Positions 60,115 to 64,000 of a stretch of DNA of 64,000 nt are shown here, piece by piece; within the stretch, counting starts at the first letter, position 1; every line of letters begins with the position of its first letter. Made by a program: the position numbers and the translations under genes. The DNA is from Tubulanus polymorphus (lineage: Eukaryota > Animalia > Nemertea): positions 9,574,850 through 9,638,849 of the forward strand of contig NC_134029.1 in the NCBI RefSeq assembly GCF_964204645.1. The letters are read 5' to 3'. The notes beneath the pieces are model-generated. The model did not search any database, was not told the origin of the DNA, and was given only the letters and a program-made list of their open reading frames with translations.

Positions 60115-63099
60115 AAATTGGTCCAATTACGACAATGATAATAAGAACGCTGATAAGTGAGTTGCGCGCTAATCATTTCCAAATTCTAAGATGAAATTTA
60201 TTATTCGCCATATTGCAGTTGTAGCTATTATTAAGAGGGTTACCAATTGTGGCTGGAGCCGTGGTCACACTAACTTAAGTCGGGCTACAGTGTTCGGTAC
60301 CTGTAATGGACAGCCGCGTTCACACTACATTTAGTTAGGATACATTGTTAAGTACCTGGAATGGGCCAATTAGAACGATCCAAACAAGAAGTGCGCATTC
60401 ACACACGTGTTGTTGAATTCCCTATAAGAATTTATCAAATTATCAAATCCTAACCGCACTGGAATTCTGTTAAAACAGCTGATTTTTCAGTTACTGTCAT
60501 GCTCCAACCCTTATCTCGTCAACATATTGGCATGGATTGTAAACCACTTACTCGATACTAAGCAATGCTTAAACAAAGTAAGTGAGTCACTTCCCAGACC
60601 AGTCACTATAATCTGGCTCGAGCTGCGTCCAATGCTGTTGGTCGGTTCAAACAAGCACAGGCCCATTTTGCACTCATTTGAAAAGTTGTTCCGGACCAAA
60701 TTTGACACAGGCCAAAATATCTCGAGCGATCGCGGCTATACTACTGTGACAAGACTGTTGCTACGCTAGCTAGGAATAACGCTACAAAGCCAAGTAAAGC
60801 CTGGCACTATTTTCTGTGGGTTTTCCACAAAACTGGAGATCAATTCGCAACAGACATCAATTTGTCATAAATATTGTCGATGAAATATGAGGCCACAGTA
60901 ACAGCTGTTTTACAATCCAGACTAGACTAACAGGATTTTCAATGAGATTTGTATCACAGCCAGGCGTTTATTTGATAAGCCACCAGACTGGTGCAATGAA
61001 TGATGTCAAACGATTTGCATTCATGATAGTCATCAATCTATTGCACCAATATCACAGCGCCGTCCATATACTGCCACGTTGTCTATACAGTTGATTGTGC
61101 AGCGACTAAATATTCCAACTAGGAAATTCCAGCACTGGGCACACAAAGCAAATTTCTAGATTTGCTAGCACCCAAAAAGCCAACACCGAAGCAGACCTCA
61201 GCGTTCCACATATGCTGGAAGTTTAAAGGACTGCAATCATCATAACTGTATGATATCACGGCTGCTGAAGCAGTAAGGCTTTCAATCCCCCAAATATCCA
61301 GAAAATTAAGCTTCATTTTGGTGAAGCCTCTAATATTTCTGGTAGGGGCAGAGGATATTTTAGAAGGGGTTGGCTGATTTTCAGAGGGGTGGATGTAAAA
61401 ACGATAGGAGTGGCCACCCCTCTAAATCTGTTGTTGTTGAGAACAATGGACTTTGGTTGAAGGTTAAAGTGATTAAGGTAGCCACATCCAAGGATAATAT
61501 GAAGATTCAATGTCAGCAATTGATTTGCATTTTTACATTCATCGCTACAGCGTTATTCTTGTCTAAAAAATCTCATTTGACTGTGATTGCTGTGATAAGA
61601 AAATACAAAAGTGGAAGTGCATGAAATAACTGCTATAACCGCTCCTGAATATATCACTGTGTAAAATGTAGTTTTGCTGCTCAGCAAATCACTAATCAAA
61701 ACTATACAGCTTATCCTAAGGCTATAGGCTAAAACCATAGGTACACACTATGATTTGGCCCGCCAGTCGAAACTGGCCTGGACCCAAGTCAAATTTGGCC
61801 TTTCGTTAACGTGATTGTGTATTCCCACATAAAATACTCATTCGTTACTAAAATTAATCCTACCAAAAGGATGTTGTGGCGAAAAAGGCGAGTTACTTTC
61901 TGATTTGAACCAGGAGTATTCAAAAGGAATGCTGAAATTTGGTGTGCGCCCACTCCAATATCTTCGGTTTACTGATATCAATCAGGCACAGACCTATTTG
62001 GCACCAATGTGAAAGTATGCCCGGACCAAAAATGCTTAGGCGTGATTGCAGCCATGGTCTAAGTGTCTTTGAATTTTTGGAGGTTGGGGTTCAAGTGGGA
62101 GTAGAAAAAACTTAATTACCAGAGAAGCCACTTTAAACGTTTCAACGTAGGGATGCACTTAAATGAACTGAGTAAAGCGATGTGATGAGAATTCTACCAT
62201 GTTTTGATCTAAAGATTTTTTCATCGTTTATACTGGGAGAAAATAAATCTAAGGGGCAACATTAATTGGAAGTGCAGGATCTGCCACAATGAGCCAAAAA
62301 ATCCTATCAATTCCATGATAAAATCGATGCCACAAATCAAAATTCGTATCAAAAGGAACAAACAAAAAGATTTTGTACTAAGAATCTTCAAACGTGTCCG
62401 CCATAGTGATGAGCAGTTGAATTGAAAATATTGTATATACCGGCAAATCAATTCTAATCATAATAGATTTACTCATTTATTTCATATTGTGGACATCACA
62501 ATTTCATAATTTCACAAGCAAGCCATTTTGAAGAGTAAGCAATGCATTAGCATCTAGGCCTATTTCTAATCCAAACAGTCCCCCATAATATTGATAATAA
62601 CATGCCCTCCCCATTTCTGGAATATACTTTCTGGAATATTCTTCACCAAACATTGAAAACACGAAAATATGACATCACGCACAAGAAAGCTGGAAACCTA
62701 GCAAGGCCATAAAGTCTTAATGAATATTTGATTTCACAGTTAAACTATTTAATCGAGAAATGGGTTCAGATACATGTCAACACTGACCATACATTATCGA
62801 GATCACAATGATTAGAACAAAATCATGAGTGGCGAGGAATCAGTGATATTGTTGTGAAGCAGCGAACTTTGCCTTCTTCCTTCAATAAGTCAGAATATCA
62901 GCCATCGTCGCTCTCTGACTGATCATATATAATACATTAATCGGGCCTCATAAAACAGTAATTACTTGTTTACAAACAATACACTGACTTAGACCTACGG
63001 GCAATTATCTGATAATTGCACGTAGCTTAGACATACTAAGCTATGTACAAGTGATGGGAGTTGTTGCATCAAATCTTTTATGAACAGAGAGTGTAAGGC

Positions 63100-63235
63100 C
63101 TGGGCACAGTTTCACGAAAAAGTTTAAGCCTAAAACAGTTAAGTTTAAATTGTTGTCCTCATTGAAGATATGAAGTTACCAATGGCAATTACACCAAAAA
63201 TTTGAGTTTAACTTTTCTGTGAAACTGGGCCCTGA
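63100..63235. mobile_element. Short MITE
   Basis: Inverted termini ctgggcacagtttcacgaaaaagtttaa / ttaacttttctgtgaaactgggccctg. Confidence 0.6.
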
Positions 63236-63311
63236 TACCAGGATCTTACGACACTTTCGTCAAATCATGGGAGGAGCTATGATATCTTCGCTTAGGGTCA
63301 CATTGTAACAA

Positions 63312-63643
63312 CAGGGTCCCTCAGTCATTCCAGAATTCAAGGGTTTTTTAATGAGTTTTTAAAGAGAAAATTTCAAATCTCGAGGAGTGTATGCCTAACT
63401 TTCATATTCCAATTACTATTGACTCCTCCTAAATCGGTACTGTAATCTCAGTAAAACCAATTAATTCGGAATCTATGTGCATAATACCTAAAACCTAAAC
63501 ATTTTCTAATTGCCAATTTCTCAAAATTCAAGTTTTCAAGGACTTTTGGGCATTTTGCTCAAATTCAAGGATAATCAAGGACCTTGAAAAACATTTTTGG
63601 GTTAGAAGGAGTTTTCAAGGAATCAAGGAGTCATAGGGACCCG
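63312..63643. mobile_element. Short TIR element with ttcaagga subterminal repeats
   Basis: cagggtccct ... agggacccg termini and repeated tcaagga motifs. Confidence 0.5.
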
Positions 63644-64000
63644 AAGAAAAGATTATTTCAGACCAAAAACTGTATTGATAAAGTTTTTAACAGTGACTGT
63701 TTTGAAATTTTGTCAGCTGCAACTATTAGTTACAGCTTCTGTTTCGGTTTCCATTAAGTTTGAAAAAACATAAGCCATCATTTGCAATAATCTAATTTTA
63801 TCATTAAAAGGCTCATTCTGAATAGTTGCCGTGTGAGTGGACTTTTTCTTCCACAGCTAAGCAAACAGGATTCGGATTCTCATGATTCAAGTTGAGCCAC
63901 GTACAACAAAAGCACATTTTTGGAAGTGATAAGGGCGCCCCCTGTCATGAGCTAAATCTTCGCTATTGATTGTGGTTACAAATTATGCGTACCAATATGA

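Noticed and set aside
52351-64000. Search for the canonical PH1 N-terminal exon or a nested gene
   Set aside because: No PH-like N-terminal peptide or coherent exon chain was recognisable; ORFs here map to repeats or noise.

Overview
This is AT-rich animal (invertebrate-like) genomic DNA, not prokaryotic. Almost the whole window is the middle of one minus-strand, intron-rich gene: a Ras guanine-nucleotide-releasing factor (RasGRF1/2 pro-orthologue). I reconstructed 21 GT-AG exons by hand from 52350 down to 1071. They join phase-consistently into 3456 nt / 1152 codons encoding the C-terminal half of PH1, the coiled coil, IQ motif, DH, PH2, and a split REM domain with a large Ser/Pro-rich insert. 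The canonical first exon and the CDC25 catalytic exons appear to lie outside the window. Most other ORFs in the track are spurious. Introns hold non-autonomous DNA transposons (piggyBac-like TTAA MITEs, a Tc2/pogo-like element, Harbinger elements, one with a MADF relic, Helentron-like repeats), LINE/DIRS/hAT relics and microsatellites. The most notable observations are predicted splicing features: (i) two 27-nt microexons in one intron that are each frame-neutral but create a TGA stop at their mutual junction; (ii) a diverged 93-nt duplicate of the 3' part of a DH exon with its own splice sites and an ATG; (iii) a candidate alternative first exon; (iv) a compound hairpin that reuses one 26-nt loop. 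None of these has expression support from the sequence alone.
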